Positions 8,717 to 19,184 of a stretch of 64,000 bases of DNA are shown in pieces. Within the stretch, counting starts at the first letter, position 1. The number at the start of each line of letters is the position of its first letter. The stretch covers positions 67,683-131,682 of the forward strand of contig WGBD01000002.1 in NCBI GenBank assembly GCA_015494465.1, written 5' to 3'. A program made the translations under genes and the position numbers. The notes beneath the pieces were generated by a model that saw only the letters and a list, made by a program, of their open reading frames with translations, ran no database searches and was not told the DNA's origin. This stretch comes from Candidatus Omnitrophota bacterium. GTDB lineage: Bacteria > Omnitrophota > Gorgyraeia > S143-82.

Positions 8717-10657
8717 TTAAGGGGAATCCGCCCCCAACAGGACCTGTCCCGGATCGCTCAACTTACTGCGCAGTTCCTCCACCACCGAGCGGAGCATCCG
8801 ACAGTAAAGGTCAAAACCCACCGCAGTTATGTACCCGTGCTGTTCCGTCCCCAGGACATTGCCCGCCCCCCGTATCTCCAGGTCCTCCATTGCCAGGTGG
8901 AAGCCCGCCCCCAGATCGCTGTACCTCTCTATTGCGCTCAACCGCCTGCGGGCGTCGTCGGTGAGGACCTCCTCCGGGGGAAGGCAAAAATAGGCGTATG
9001 CCTGACGGTCGTAGCGCCCCACCCTGCCCCGCAACTGGTGTAGTTCCGCAAGGCCAAACATGTCCGCCCGCTCCACAATCAGGGTATTGGCGTTTGGTAT
9101 GTCTATCCCTGACTCTATGATAGTGGTGCAGACGAGGACATCTATCTCCCCCCGGATAAACCTCAACATTATCTCCTCGAGCCTGTCCGACGACATCTTG
9201 CCGTGGGCAACCGCAATCCTGGCGGGGACGAGTTTCGACAGCCACTTTGCCCGCCTCTCTATGGACTCCACCCGGTTGTGCACGAAAAAGACCTGCCCTC
9301 CGCGGGCCACCTCCCTCTCTACCGCCTGCTTTATTATGTCCGGATCAAACCTCACCAGACGCGTCTCCACCGCCAGCCGGTTCACCGGCGGGGTGGTTAT
9401 CACCGAGATGTCCTTCAGTCCCATAAGGGCCATGTAAAGCGTACGGGGTATCGGGGTTGCGGTCATGGTCAAGACATCCACCAAGGCCCGCATCCGCTTC
9501 ATCTTCTCCTTGTGCTTCACCCCAAACCTCTGCTCCTCGTCGATGATGAGCAGACCCAGATCCTTGAACCTCACATCCCCGGAGAGCAGGCGATGGGTCC
9601 CGATGAGGATGTCCACCTTCCCTTCCCTCACCTCCTCGAGTATCCTCTTCTGCTCCTTTGGGGAACGGAAACGGGAGAGCATCTCCACCCGCACCGGGAA
9701 CCTCTCCATCCGGGAGAGGAAGTTGGTGTAGTGCTGTTCCGCCAGCAAGGTGGTCGGCACCAGTATCGCGACCTGTTTTCCCGCCAGGGCCGCCTTGAAG
9801 GCAGCCCGCATTGCCACCTCCGTCTTACCGTATCCCACCTCCCCGCATACCAGACGGTCCATCGGACGGGGGGCCATCATGTCCTTCTTGACCTCTTCTA
9901 TGGCCTTCCTCTGGTCCGGGGTCTCCTCGTAGGGGAAAGTCGCCTCAAACTCCCTCTGCATCTCGTCGTCCTCAGGGAAGGCAAAGCCCGGGAGGGTACT
10001 GCGCAGGGCCTGTATCTTGAGCATCTCCAAGGCCATGTTGTATATCCCCTTGCGCACCTTCTCCTTGAGCCGGCGCCAGTCCGCCCCACCCAGCCGGGAC
10101 AACTTTACCTTCACCCGCTTGTCAAAACTGATGTACCTCTGGACCAGATGGGCCTCTTCCACCGGGACATAGAGGAGGTCCTTGTCCGCGTACTCTATCA
10201 CCAAGGCCTGCCTCTCCCCATCCCTGAAGCGGATCCTGCGCATCCCCAGATAACGCCCGATCCCGTGATCGGTGTGGACCACATAGTCGCCTTCCTGAAA
10301 GTCAATGAAGTTGTAGGTGGGCAGTTCCTCTATCCGGCGGGCATCCACCTTGTCCACGGTCTTCCTTTTCCTGGCCTCCCTCCGGGGCAACACCACGACC
10401 AACTCGTAATCCCACAAGGGCCTGCCGTCGGCGGGATTGAAGGCAAAGATCCTCTCTATCTCGTCGAAATCCCAGGTAATCCTCACCGGGAACTCAAAGG
10501 TAAAGGGAAAGACCTCCAAGGTCTCGCCCCGCAATGCGAACTCCCCCTCCCTCTCCAATAGGGGATTGCGGACATAACCCGACTTGATGAGGCGGTTCAC
10601 CACCTCTTCAGGAGAGACCTTTTGCCTACGGTAGAGCTTGAAGTGCTCGAAGGTCAT
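8717..10657 (-). CDS. mfd: Transcription-repair coupling factor Mfd, compact 646-aa form
   Basis: UvrB-like D2 remnant (GEFALRGETLEVFP). CarD/TRCF RNAP-interaction domain (GDYVVHTDHGIGRYLGM...LYVPV). SF2 helicase motifs GEVGYGKTEVA, DEEQRFG and QLRGRVGR. The ORF is bounded by neighbouring genes, and regions D1a/D1b/D3/D7 are absent. Confidence 0.8.
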   Translation of the reverse strand: MTFEHFKLYRRQKVSPEEVVNRLIKSGYVRNPLLEREGEFALRGETLEVFPFTFEFPVRITWDFDEIERIFAFNPADGRPLWDYELVVVLPRREARKRKTVDKVDARRIEELPTYNFIDFQEGDYVVHTDHGIGRYLGMRRIRFRDGERQALVIEYADKDLLYVPVEEAHLVQRYISFDKRVKVKLSRLGGADWRRLKEKVRKGIYNMALEMLKIQALRSTLPGFAFPEDDEMQREFEATFPYEETPDQRKAIEEVKKDMMAPRPMDRLVCGEVGYGKTEVAMRAAFKAALAGKQVAILVPTTLLAEQHYTNFLSRMERFPVRVEMLSRFRSPKEQKRILEEVREGKVDILIGTHRLLSGDVRFKDLGLLIIDEEQRFGVKHKEKMKRMRALVDVLTMTATPIPRTLYMALMGLKDISVITTPPVNRLAVETRLVRFDPDIIKQAVEREVARGGQVFFVHNRVESIERRAKWLSKLVPARIAVAHGKMSSDRLEEIMLRFIRGEIDVLVCTTIIESGIDIPNANTLIVERADMFGLAELHQLRGRVGRYDRQAYAYFCLPPEEVLTDDARRRLSAIERYSDLGAGFHLAMEDLEIRGAGNVLGTEQHGYITAVGFDLYCRMLRSVVEELRSKLSDPGQVLLGADSP

Positions 10658-11388
10658 CTCTTGTTCACGGCCTTCTTAAGGGCAGAGACCTCCTCTGGAG
10701 ACAAATACCTCCACTTGCCTTCCTTCAGCCCGCCCAATCTCAAAGGTCCAAAACCGGTCCTGAGAAGATCCACCACCGGATGGCCAAGGCGGGCAAACAT
10801 CCTCCTTATCTGGCGCTTCTTCCCCTCCCGCATCCGCAGGCGGATCCGGGAATACTCCAATCCCACCTCCACCGCCTCAGCATAGCAGGGCATAGACCTG
10901 AAGTCTCCCAGATCCATCCCCCTGCGCACCTCCTCTAACTCCTCCTCGCTGACCTTGCCCTTGACCTTCACCAGGTACTCCTTGACCACTCCGTAGCGCG
11001 GGTGCAGGAGAGGATGCACTATCTCACCGTCGTCGGTAAGGAGCAGGAGCCCCCGGCTGTCCTTGTCCAGCCTTCCCACCGGTTTAAGGCGGGATAACTC
11101 CCCGGGGAGCAGGTCCATCACCGTGCGATTGAACCTGTCCCGAACGCTAGTCACCACCCCTGCGGGCTTGAAGAAGATCACATAGCGATGCCCAGGAAGG
11201 CGCAGACGCCTGCCCTCAAACTCCACGATGTCCCCTTCGGGATCCACCTTAAAGGACAGATCCCCGTCGAAGGTCCTTCCGTTTATACGGAACTTGCGGG
11301 GACACTTCTTGAGCAGGTCCCCTGCCCGCCTCCGGGACAGGCCCAAGGCCTTGGCCACGAACGAACCAATCCTTATCCTCTTTCCCAT
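10654..11388 (-). CDS. Pseudouridine synthase, RsuA/RluB family (S4 domain plus catalytic domain)
   Basis: Motif PVGRLDKDSRGLLLLTDDGEIVHPLLHP with an N-terminal S4-like region. Confidence 0.8.
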   Translation of the reverse strand: MGKRIRIGSFVAKALGLSRRRAGDLLKKCPRKFRINGRTFDGDLSFKVDPEGDIVEFEGRRLRLPGHRYVIFFKPAGVVTSVRDRFNRTVMDLLPGELSRLKPVGRLDKDSRGLLLLTDDGEIVHPLLHPRYGVVKEYLVKVKGKVSEEELEEVRRGMDLGDFRSMPCYAEAVEVGLEYSRIRLRMREGKKRQIRRMFARLGHPVVDLLRTGFGPLRLGGLKEGKWRYLSPEEVSALKKAVNKR

Positions 11389-11435
11389 AGTTAGCTAGTA
11401 TATCACCACCCGCAAAAACCCGCACCCACCACCAA

Positions 11436-11533
11436 ATGAGACAGATTCTTCCAGAAAGATCCCGTCTCATTTCTAATCCTCGACTGGGAAAATGGAGTTA
11501 TGAGACATTTTTTCCAGAAAGATTTCGTCTCAC
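11436..11533. repeat. Two imperfect 34-35 nt direct repeats, each an inverted repeat TGAGAC-N21-GTCTCA
   Basis: Copy 1 at 11436-11470: atgagacagattcttccagaaagatcccgtctcat. Copy 2 at 11500-11533: atgagacattttttccagaaagatttcgtctcac. Copy 2 overlaps the RND gene stop. Confidence 0.6.
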
Positions 11534-14500
11534 TTCGGGGATTGACGGAATAGGAGGGCGTACATCACGGGTACGAGAAACAAGGTAAGGCTACCCGAAA
11601 ACATCAGTCCGCCTATGGCAGCAACTCCAAATTCCTGCCATATCTCCGCCCCCTCACCCATACCCAAGGCCAAGGGAAGCATCCCAAGGACGGTGGTGAA
11701 CCAGGTCATCAAGATCGGTCTCAACCTGCGCCGGGCGGAGTTTACGATTGCGGTGCGCACATCCATCCCCTGCGCCCTCAATACCTTTATGTAGTCCACC
11801 ATCACGATGGCATTGTTCACCACTACGCCGGTGAGCATTATCAGGGCCATAAAGGCCATCATGGAAAAGGGCATACCTACCAAGAATAGTCCTACGATCA
11901 CCCCCACCACCGCAAAGGGCACGGAGAAGAATATCACCAATGGGGCCTTCAACGACTCGAACTGCGCGGTCAATACCATGTACACCAGGGCCATACCTAA
12001 CAGGAGCATACCCTTTAATTCGGAAAAGGCCTTCTTCTGCTCGTCTATCTGCCCGCCAAACTCCACCCTTATGCCCGGGGGCAGGGACAGGGACCTTATT
12101 ATCCTGTCCACATCCCTCTTGACCTCGCTCAACGCCCGGTGATAGGTGTCGCATCCGACAGTCACCACCCGCTGTCTGTCCTTTCTCCTGACCTCCACCT
12201 CACCGGAAGACAACTCCACTTCCGCCACTTCCTTAAGGGGGATCACCTTGCCACTGGGCAGGACCAAAGGCAGGTGATAGAGATAATCGAGGCTATAACG
12301 CTGATCCTCGGGAAGGGACACGGTCACATCGAAGTCCTCGCCTGCATCCCGGAACTTCACGACATCGTCGGGATGTAGGTACAACCTGAGGGTCTCCGCT
12401 ACATCCTTCACCGACAGCCCCAGAGTGGCCAACTTCTCCCTATCTACACTAATGCGCAACTCCAACCGGGTATTCCTCAGGGATGTCTTCACATTCACCG
12501 CACCGGGTATCTTCTTCATGGCCTCCTCTAACGCCTTGGCATACCGCCTCAACTCATTCAGATCGCGTCCCAACAGTTCCACCTCTATCTCACTCCTGCC
12601 CCACAGGAGCATCCTCTTGACCGGGGTTATGGATATACACTGATATTTCTCCAGATCAGGGATCTCCTTCAACCTGCGCCTGATGAGATAAGCAATCTCT
12701 TCACTCCTACGGGATCGCTCCTTTCTGGGGACCAGTTTCACGCCTATCTCCCCGACATTCTCTCCCTCGGGAAATCCCATAGCACTGCCGATGCCTTTCT
12801 TGGACTGCCCTACGAAGGCATACCAGCCCTTTAACTCCTTAGGGCTAACCACCTCGTGGACTATCTGCCCGATCTTTTTAGTGATCTTAGCGGTCTCCTC
12901 TATTCGGGAGGACTCGCTCAAAAAATAGGTGATAGTGATGTCACCGGTATCCACCTTGGGGAAGAATGAGGTCCCAACCACCTTTGCCAAAAAGAGACTG
13001 GAAACAAACAATACACCCCCGATCCCCAAGACCTTCTTGGGAGAATCCAGGGCCCGCTCCAGCCAAACGGTGTAGACTTCTTCTACCCTTGCGAAGGCGA
13101 TCTCACCGCCCCTGCGCTCCCCGGCTTTGAGGATCCGGGAAGTGAGTGATGGCACCAGGGTAAGGGCTATCAACCAAGAGAAGGTTATAGTGGCGCTTAC
13201 GGTAAACCCCAACTGTTTGAACATTATCCCGGTCAGTCCCTTGACGAATATAAGGGGGATAAAGACGCAGACCGTGGTCAGTGTAGAGGCAAATATCGCC
13301 CCTCCCACCTCACCTGCGCCTATCTCACTGGCCCTTTTCGGCGGGATACCCTCGGAGACCTTTCTGGTCACGCTCTCCAGGACCACGATGGAGTTGTCCA
13401 CCACCATACCTATGGCGATGGCCAGACTCATCAGGGACATTATGTTTATGCTGTAACGGAAGAGATAAAGGAAGACGAAAGAACCCAGCAGAGAAAAGGG
13501 AATAGACAGGGCAATCACCAGAGAAGACCGCACCCTCCGCAAGAACAAGAAGGTAATGAACACAACCAGTACGCCTGCGGTAGCCACGGTGGTCAACAGG
13601 TCCCTTATCGCCATAAATATGAACTCCGAGGCATCCATTAGGACATTTACCTCGGTATCCGAAGGAAGCAGGTCCCTTAGTTCACTCAAGCGTTCCCTTA
13701 GCCTTTCGCACACCTTCACCGTGTTGGCCCCGGACCTCTTCTTGACCACCAAGACCACCGCAGGTTTACCATTGGCGAAGCCGAGCATCTGCTCCTCTTC
13801 GAACGCGTCCTTGACCTCGGCGACATCCCGCAGGTACACGGGCCTGCCGTTGCGGACGGTCAGGAGAACATCACCTATCTCCTTTGGAGAGGTAAATCTG
13901 GCCTTAAGGCGGATAAAGTAATTGCGCCTACCCTTCTTTATCCTTCCCAGAGGCAGGTCCAAATTCTCCTGTTTCAGACGCAGGGCAACCAATCTGGGAT
14001 CTATCCCGTAGGCATTGAGCCTATCCGCATCCAGGCGGACCTTTATCTCCCGCCTCAAACCCCCATAAACCACCACCGCACCCACTCCCTCCACCCGCCT
14101 CAGATCGTCCAACACATTCGCATCCACCATCCGATACAGGTCTCGCCAGCTCGAATCCGAGGAAAGGGATACGACCATAACCGGTGCGGTTGCGGAGGAG
14201 AAACGGAATATAATGGGCTCCTCTGCGGAAGGTGCGTGCTGGGCGATGTCCCATCTGGCCAGATCCAGTTTGTCCCGAACATCGTTTACCGCTGAATCCA
14301 GATCCGTGCCCCACTTGAACTGGCAGGTGACCAAGGCGAGATTGTCCTTGGCGACGGAGAAGAGCTTGTCCAGACCCTCAACGGTGGATAACTGGTCCTC
14401 CAGATACTTTATCACATCCGACTCCACATCCTCCGCGCTCGCTCCGGGATAGGGGACGAGCACCGAGACCACCGGGGGTTCTATCTCCGGAAGCAACTCC

Positions 14501-14613
14501 ACCGGCAACTTCGTTATTGCCACGACGGAGAGTAGCAACATACCGAGGAGGGACATCCAGATCAGATACGGCCTATGGACCGAAAGGTGAGGTAGGTTCA
14601 TATCACTTACCAC
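11530..14613 (-). CDS. RND efflux transporter permease (AcrB/CzcA family)
   Basis: 1027 aa with 12-TM architecture and two large periplasmic loops. Typical AcrB-like conserved blocks. Confidence 0.9.
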   Translation of the reverse strand: MVSDMNLPHLSVHRPYLIWMSLLGMLLLSVVAITKLPVELLPEIEPPVVSVLVPYPGASAEDVESDVIKYLEDQLSTVEGLDKLFSVAKDNLALVTCQFKWGTDLDSAVNDVRDKLDLARWDIAQHAPSAEEPIIFRFSSATAPVMVVSLSSDSSWRDLYRMVDANVLDDLRRVEGVGAVVVYGGLRREIKVRLDADRLNAYGIDPRLVALRLKQENLDLPLGRIKKGRRNYFIRLKARFTSPKEIGDVLLTVRNGRPVYLRDVAEVKDAFEEEQMLGFANGKPAVVLVVKKRSGANTVKVCERLRERLSELRDLLPSDTEVNVLMDASEFIFMAIRDLLTTVATAGVLVVFITFLFLRRVRSSLVIALSIPFSLLGSFVFLYLFRYSINIMSLMSLAIAIGMVVDNSIVVLESVTRKVSEGIPPKRASEIGAGEVGGAIFASTLTTVCVFIPLIFVKGLTGIMFKQLGFTVSATITFSWLIALTLVPSLTSRILKAGERRGGEIAFARVEEVYTVWLERALDSPKKVLGIGGVLFVSSLFLAKVVGTSFFPKVDTGDITITYFLSESSRIEETAKITKKIGQIVHEVVSPKELKGWYAFVGQSKKGIGSAMGFPEGENVGEIGVKLVPRKERSRRSEEIAYLIRRRLKEIPDLEKYQCISITPVKRMLLWGRSEIEVELLGRDLNELRRYAKALEEAMKKIPGAVNVKTSLRNTRLELRISVDREKLATLGLSVKDVAETLRLYLHPDDVVKFRDAGEDFDVTVSLPEDQRYSLDYLYHLPLVLPSGKVIPLKEVAEVELSSGEVEVRRKDRQRVVTVGCDTYHRALSEVKRDVDRIIRSLSLPPGIRVEFGGQIDEQKKAFSELKGMLLLGMALVYMVLTAQFESLKAPLVIFFSVPFAVVGVIVGLFLVGMPFSMMAFMALIMLTGVVVNNAIVMVDYIKVLRAQGMDVRTAIVNSARRRLRPILMTWFTTVLGMLPLALGMGEGAEIWQEFGVAAIGGLMFSGSLTLFLVPVMYALLFRQSPK

Positions 14614-15487
14614 CCGAAAGCACGGCCCTTATCTTTTCCCCCTCTTTGACGCCCCCCTGAGCGGAGACGACCACCAGATCCCCTTCGGAGAGCCCCTCCA
14701 ACACCTCTACACCCCAGTCCCCTATCTGACCGATCTTCAGATAACGCTTCTCCACCTTCCCATCCTTCACGACGAGACAATAGTAGGATCCGCTTCCCGG
14801 GAACCTCATCAGGGCATCCAGAGGAATAACCAAGGCCCTGTGGCGATCCAACACCACCTCCACCCGGGCGAACATCCCCGGCAGTAGTTCCCCTTGGGGA
14901 TTTTCCACCAAGACCTCAACCCGTCCGGTGCGAGATAAGGGATCCAACACCTCCACCTTCTTGCTCACAACCCCCTTAAACACCTTCCGGGGATAGGCAG
15001 GGACCCGGACCTCCGCTTTCCCCCCCACCTTCACCTTTGGCAGGGTATACTCCGGCACATCGACTACCACCTTCACCCTATCCAACTCCACAACCACGCC
15101 CACCGGAGTGGCAGGGCTCACCACCTCCCCCTGATCCCTAGTCAGGTCCATCACCACGCCACCGGCAGGGGCCACCACCTTCGCAGGGTTGAACTTGTAT
15201 CCCACCACATCCCGATCCACCAGGGCCACTACATCTCCCTTTTCCACCCGAGCGCCCTCCTCAACGACATACCGGATGAACTTACCCCCCACCCGGGGGT
15301 ATATTCTCACCTGATTTCCCCCCTCCACACTGCCCACCCCCTGCCAGTGGGAACTGACCGTCTCATACACTACCCTCTCCACCCGCACCGGCCTTGCCTC
15401 CTCCCGAGCGAGAAGCGGTGAAGTCAAGAGAAAAGACGCCAGCACTGCCCCAGTGGAAAGCCTTATCACCTTATTTTGCATCTCCAT
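14603..15487 (-). CDS. RND efflux periplasmic adaptor (membrane fusion protein, HlyD family)
   Basis: 294 aa with a signal/anchor and a beta-rich lipoyl/barrel-like sequence. Its position between the TolC-like and RND genes supports the call. Confidence 0.8.
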   Translation of the reverse strand: MEMQNKVIRLSTGAVLASFLLTSPLLAREEARPVRVERVVYETVSSHWQGVGSVEGGNQVRIYPRVGGKFIRYVVEEGARVEKGDVVALVDRDVVGYKFNPAKVVAPAGGVVMDLTRDQGEVVSPATPVGVVVELDRVKVVVDVPEYTLPKVKVGGKAEVRVPAYPRKVFKGVVSKKVEVLDPLSRTGRVEVLVENPQGELLPGMFARVEVVLDRHRALVIPLDALMRFPGSGSYYCLVVKDGKVEKRYLKIGQIGDWGVEVLEGLSEGDLVVVSAQGGVKEGEKIRAVLSGGK

Positions 15488-16805
15488 TCATCTCCCCCTT
15501 TACCTCGTCTATGCTTCCGCCTATCTCGTATTCTAGTCGGGCCATCGCCTGGGCCATCTCACACCTCGCTTCAGCTAAAGCCACCCGGGCATTACCCAGA
15601 GAAGTCCTGCTGGAGAGGACATCCAGATGACTGCTCTCCCCGGCGGCATACCTGTCCAAGGCTATCCTATAGGCCCGCTCTGCCTCGCAGACCGCATCCC
15701 TGTGCATCTTCACCCGGTCCAAGGCGGAGTAAAGGTCAACCAGTGCCTCGTGCACCCCCGCAAGGACCTCCTTCTTCACCCTGGAAAATCCTGCCCGGGC
15801 CTTCTTAAGAGATGCCTTGGCCAGATTATACCTTGCCCGATTCAGGAAGAAGTCCAACGAGAGACTGACCTTCAGCCAGGTCAACATATAGTCGTCGTAT
15901 TCAGGTCTACCGCGGGCAAAGGCCTGTCTGTCGTCTATGTGGTCCTCAAACTCCAGATACACCTTGGGCATAGACCTCCCGAAGGCGCTCTTCACCCCGT
16001 ACTCCCCGGCCCGCCACCGTTCCCTTGCGGAGAGAATAGCAGGCCGGTGGGCGAGGGCGTAATCCCTAAACAAAGTCTCCGGGGAAAGACCCTTCGGCTC
16101 CTCCGGGAGATCCCCCCTCAAACGGACCTCCACCTCCGGAGACAGCCCCAAGGCCAACTTAAGACGGGTATAACTGTCCTCCAAAACGGCCCTTGCCTGG
16201 CGCAGGTCACTTCGGGCCTCGGACACCGCCACCTTGCTCCGCAGGAGGTCGTATTCAGGGGCCAGTCCTTGGGAGAACCGCTCCTCCGTCACCCGTAAGG
16301 TCTCCTCCGCGAGATCTAGGAGTTCCTTGCGTATGCGCACAAGTTCCTCGGCAAACAGGCACTGATAGAAAAAGAAGCGCGCCTGATAGAGTAGAAATGC
16401 CTCCACCTCCTGCCTCGACCAACGGCTTGCCTTCAGCACTGCCTTCGCCTGTCGTATAGCGTTCTCCACCTCGCCACCGGAAAAGAGGAGTTGGGACAGC
16501 CTCAATGCCACCCCGCGATTGGACTCAAAGTCTATGAAGGGGTGATCTTTATACCGGTTGTAATAGGCATCCAGCGAAATCCGGGGGAGAAACTGCGCCA
16601 TTTCCAGATCCAGACTCGCTCGAGCCAGATCTTCCTGACTCCTTGACTGCGCAAGCCTGTCGCTGTTTCGCCGTATCAGCTTTAACAGATCCGCTTCCCT
16701 CAAGGTCAAAGCCCCCCTCTCACCCGCCACCAGCTGCGGGGCAACTCCGCTGACGAGAAAGAAAAATAAGAAAAGGAGCCTTATTATAGAAGAGGCCCTA
16801 CTCAT
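15471..16805 (-). CDS. TolC-family outer membrane efflux protein
   Basis: 444 aa with a signal peptide and the two-repeat coiled-coil/beta pattern typical of outer membrane factors. Confidence 0.75.
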   Translation of the reverse strand: MSRASSIIRLLFLFFFLVSGVAPQLVAGERGALTLREADLLKLIRRNSDRLAQSRSQEDLARASLDLEMAQFLPRISLDAYYNRYKDHPFIDFESNRGVALRLSQLLFSGGEVENAIRQAKAVLKASRWSRQEVEAFLLYQARFFFYQCLFAEELVRIRKELLDLAEETLRVTEERFSQGLAPEYDLLRSKVAVSEARSDLRQARAVLEDSYTRLKLALGLSPEVEVRLRGDLPEEPKGLSPETLFRDYALAHRPAILSARERWRAGEYGVKSAFGRSMPKVYLEFEDHIDDRQAFARGRPEYDDYMLTWLKVSLSLDFFLNRARYNLAKASLKKARAGFSRVKKEVLAGVHEALVDLYSALDRVKMHRDAVCEAERAYRIALDRYAAGESSHLDVLSSRTSLGNARVALAEARCEMAQAMARLEYEIGGSIDEVKGEMNGDAK

Positions 16806-17403
16806 CCTTTATCAACCCTCCCCGCAGGACATTCCAGACCAGATTCGCCTTTTTCCGGAAAGAATACCTCCAACCCTGATGCGGAGACAGCAAGACCACC
16901 CCGGTTATCATGGCCAGGAGGACATCCAGAATCTCCTCTATGGAACCGCCCAAATCCCTCAGTCTTCCCATCTCCCGTGCCCTTGCGAAGGTGGTCTTTA
17001 TACGGTCCAGTTCCTGATAGTAATTCTCCAAGTATATCTTTATAGACTGCCCCCGAAACTGGCTCTGATCGTGCACCAAAAGTTTCACCAGATGGGGATG
17101 CTCCTCAAAGAAGTTAAAGTAGGTAAATAGCGCCTCCCTTATCCGCAATACCGGATCTTCTATAGGATCCACCCGCGCGTGGATGGTCCTCCGCAACTCC
17201 TCCAAGCCGTGCCTTATTACCTCTACGAACAGCCCCTCTTTACTCCCGAAATACCTGTACACCGTCCCCTTGCCAAGGCCTGCCTCCTCCGCCACATCGT
17301 CCATCCGGGTATCCGCAAAGCCATAACGGGCAAACAACCTGCCGGCGACCTCCAGTATCCGTTTGCGCTTATCTCCGACCTTCACCTCTATATCACCCTC
17401 CAA
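16798..17403 (-). CDS. TetR/AcrR-family transcriptional regulator, first gene of the efflux operon
   Basis: N-terminal HTH RILEVAGRLFARYGFADTRMDDVAEEAGLGKGTVYRYF. Confidence 0.85.
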   Translation of the reverse strand: MEGDIEVKVGDKRKRILEVAGRLFARYGFADTRMDDVAEEAGLGKGTVYRYFGSKEGLFVEVIRHGLEELRRTIHARVDPIEDPVLRIREALFTYFNFFEEHPHLVKLLVHDQSQFRGQSIKIYLENYYQELDRIKTTFARAREMGRLRDLGGSIEEILDVLLAMITGVVLLSPHQGWRYSFRKKANLVWNVLRGGLIKDE

Positions 17404-17508
17404 AACCTTTCCAAGATAGCACCATCCAGCTTTTTTATCGTCCTATCCCCCTGATGCCCAGCAAAATATAGCTTATCACGGACGGACTGGTCAGTCCACA
17501 ACATCGAG

Positions 17509-17538
17509 AAAAAAAGGGAGGCCTCCAGGGCCTCCCCC
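17509..17538 (-). terminator. Rho-independent terminator of glnA
   Basis: Minus strand reads GGGGGAGGCCC-TGGA-GGGCCTCCC followed by TTTTTTT, directly after the glnA stop. Confidence 0.7.
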
Positions 17539-17561
17539 TAACGCTCCACGGCTGAAGAAGA

Positions 17562-19034
17562 TTAGATGTCGAAGTAGAGGTAGAACTCGTAAGGATGCGG
17601 TCTCAGGTTGACGCCGTCTATCTCCACCGTCCGCTTGTACTCTATCCAGGTCTCTATTACATCCTTGGTGAAGACATCGCCCCGGAGCAAGAACTCGTGG
17701 TCCTTCTCCAGCGCGTTGAGGGCCTCCTCCAGACTGCCCGGGACGCTCTTTATCCTCGCCTTCTCCCTCGGAGAGAGCTCGTAGATGTTCTTGTCTATGG
17801 CCTTACCCGGATCTATCTTGTTGATTATTCCGTCTATACCCGCCATCAGCATCGCTGCAAAGGCCAGATAAGGATTGGCAGAGGGATCCGGAGGCCTGAA
17901 CTCTATCCTCTTGGCCTTGGGGTTGGCGCTGTAGACCGGTATACGGACCGCTGCGGAGCGGTTCCTGGCGGAGTAGACCAGGTTCACCGGAGCCTCGTAG
18001 CCCGGGACCAACCTCTTATAGGAGTTGGTAGTCGGGGCGGCGAAGGCGAGGACCGCAGGTGCGTGCTTCAACAGGCCGCCGATGTACCACAGGGCCAGCT
18101 GGCTGAGGTGGGCGTAACCGTCCTTGGAATAGAAGAGATTCTCGTTGCCCTTCCAGAGGCTCTGGTGGGTGTGCATACCCGAACCGTTGTCCTTGAATAT
18201 CGGCTTGGGCATAAAGGTAACGGTCTTGTTGTACCTCCGAGCAAGGTTCTTTATGACATACTTGTAGATCAGGAGGCTGTCCGCAGTGCGGGTGAGGGTC
18301 CCGTAGCGGATGTCTATCTCGCACTGCCCACCGCTGGCGACCTCGTGGTGATGGACCTCCACCGGGACGCCTATGGAGCGGAGGATCAACATGACCTCGT
18401 TGCGGAACTCCTGAAGGGTGTCGTGAGGAGGCACCGGGAAGTAACCCTCCTTGTACCTCGGCTTGTATCCGAGGTTGGGATTCTCCTCCCTTCCGGTATT
18501 CCACTCACCCTCTATGGAATCCACGAAGTAGAAACCGAAGTTCTCGCCCTGATCAAACCTGACATCGTCGAAGACGAAGAACTCTGCCTCCGGGCCCCAA
18601 TAGCTGATGTCCGCTATTCCGCTCTCCTTGAGGAACTTCTCCGCCTTCTTGGCGATGTAGCGGGGATCACGGCTGTAGGGCTCGTGAGTAATCGGGTCGT
18701 AGATGTCGCAGATGATCACCAAGGTAGGGGTCTTTGCCAGAGGATCTATGAACGCGGTATCCAGATCCAACTTCAGTATCATGTCGCTTTCCTGTATCTT
18801 CTGGAAACCGCGGATGGAGGAACCGTCAAAACCAATACCTTCCTCCAGGATACCCCCACCCTTCTCGAGATCGGCCAACAGGTCCTCTGCGGGCATGGAG
18901 AAGTGCTGCCAGAGTCCGGGCAGGTCGTTAAACCTGAGATCGATTACCTTGATGTTGTTCTCCAATATGATCTTCTTGATCTCCTCCGGACTCCTGTGAG
19001 GATAACCCTCGGTCTTTATGACCAGAGAACTCAT
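17562..19034 (-). CDS. glnA: Glutamine synthetase, type I
   Basis: 490 aa with GS signatures, including [12 protein letters not shown], and conserved N- and C-domain blocks. Confidence 0.9.
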   Translation of the reverse strand: MSSLVIKTEGYPHRSPEEIKKIILENNIKVIDLRFNDLPGLWQHFSMPAEDLLADLEKGGGILEEGIGFDGSSIRGFQKIQESDMILKLDLDTAFIDPLAKTPTLVIICDIYDPITHEPYSRDPRYIAKKAEKFLKESGIADISYWGPEAEFFVFDDVRFDQGENFGFYFVDSIEGEWNTGREENPNLGYKPRYKEGYFPVPPHDTLQEFRNEVMLILRSIGVPVEVHHHEVASGGQCEIDIRYGTLTRTADSLLIYKYVIKNLARRYNKTVTFMPKPIFKDNGSGMHTHQSLWKGNENLFYSKDGYAHLSQLALWYIGGLLKHAPAVLAFAAPTTNSYKRLVPGYEAPVNLVYSARNRSAAVRIPVYSANPKAKRIEFRPPDPSANPYLAFAAMLMAGIDGIINKIDPGKAIDKNIYELSPREKARIKSVPGSLEEALNALEKDHEFLLRGDVFTKDVIETWIEYKRTVEIDGVNLRPHPYEFYLYFDI

Positions 19035-19184
19035 ACCAAGACCTCCTGTTTAAACGGTTAAACCCAAAACCACTTCAACTCCAAGAGAATGCAAACCACA
19101 CACGGAGACAGAGAAAACAACGCGGGACAGTGAGGCTGGACTCCTTTGCCCAGATCTCGCGGACACCCTTGCCCGGAAGTATTG

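Noticed and set aside
11436-11533. Possible CRISPR array
   Set aside because: Only two imperfect repeat copies with no regular spacers and no cas genes. It is retained as a repeat or regulatory element instead.
19035-19100. GlnR/TnrA box (TGTNA-N7-TNACA) in the glnA leader
   Set aside because: TGTTTAAACGGTTAAAC only loosely fits the consensus (mismatches in both half-sites). It is noted as a palindrome near the SD but not called as a GlnR site.
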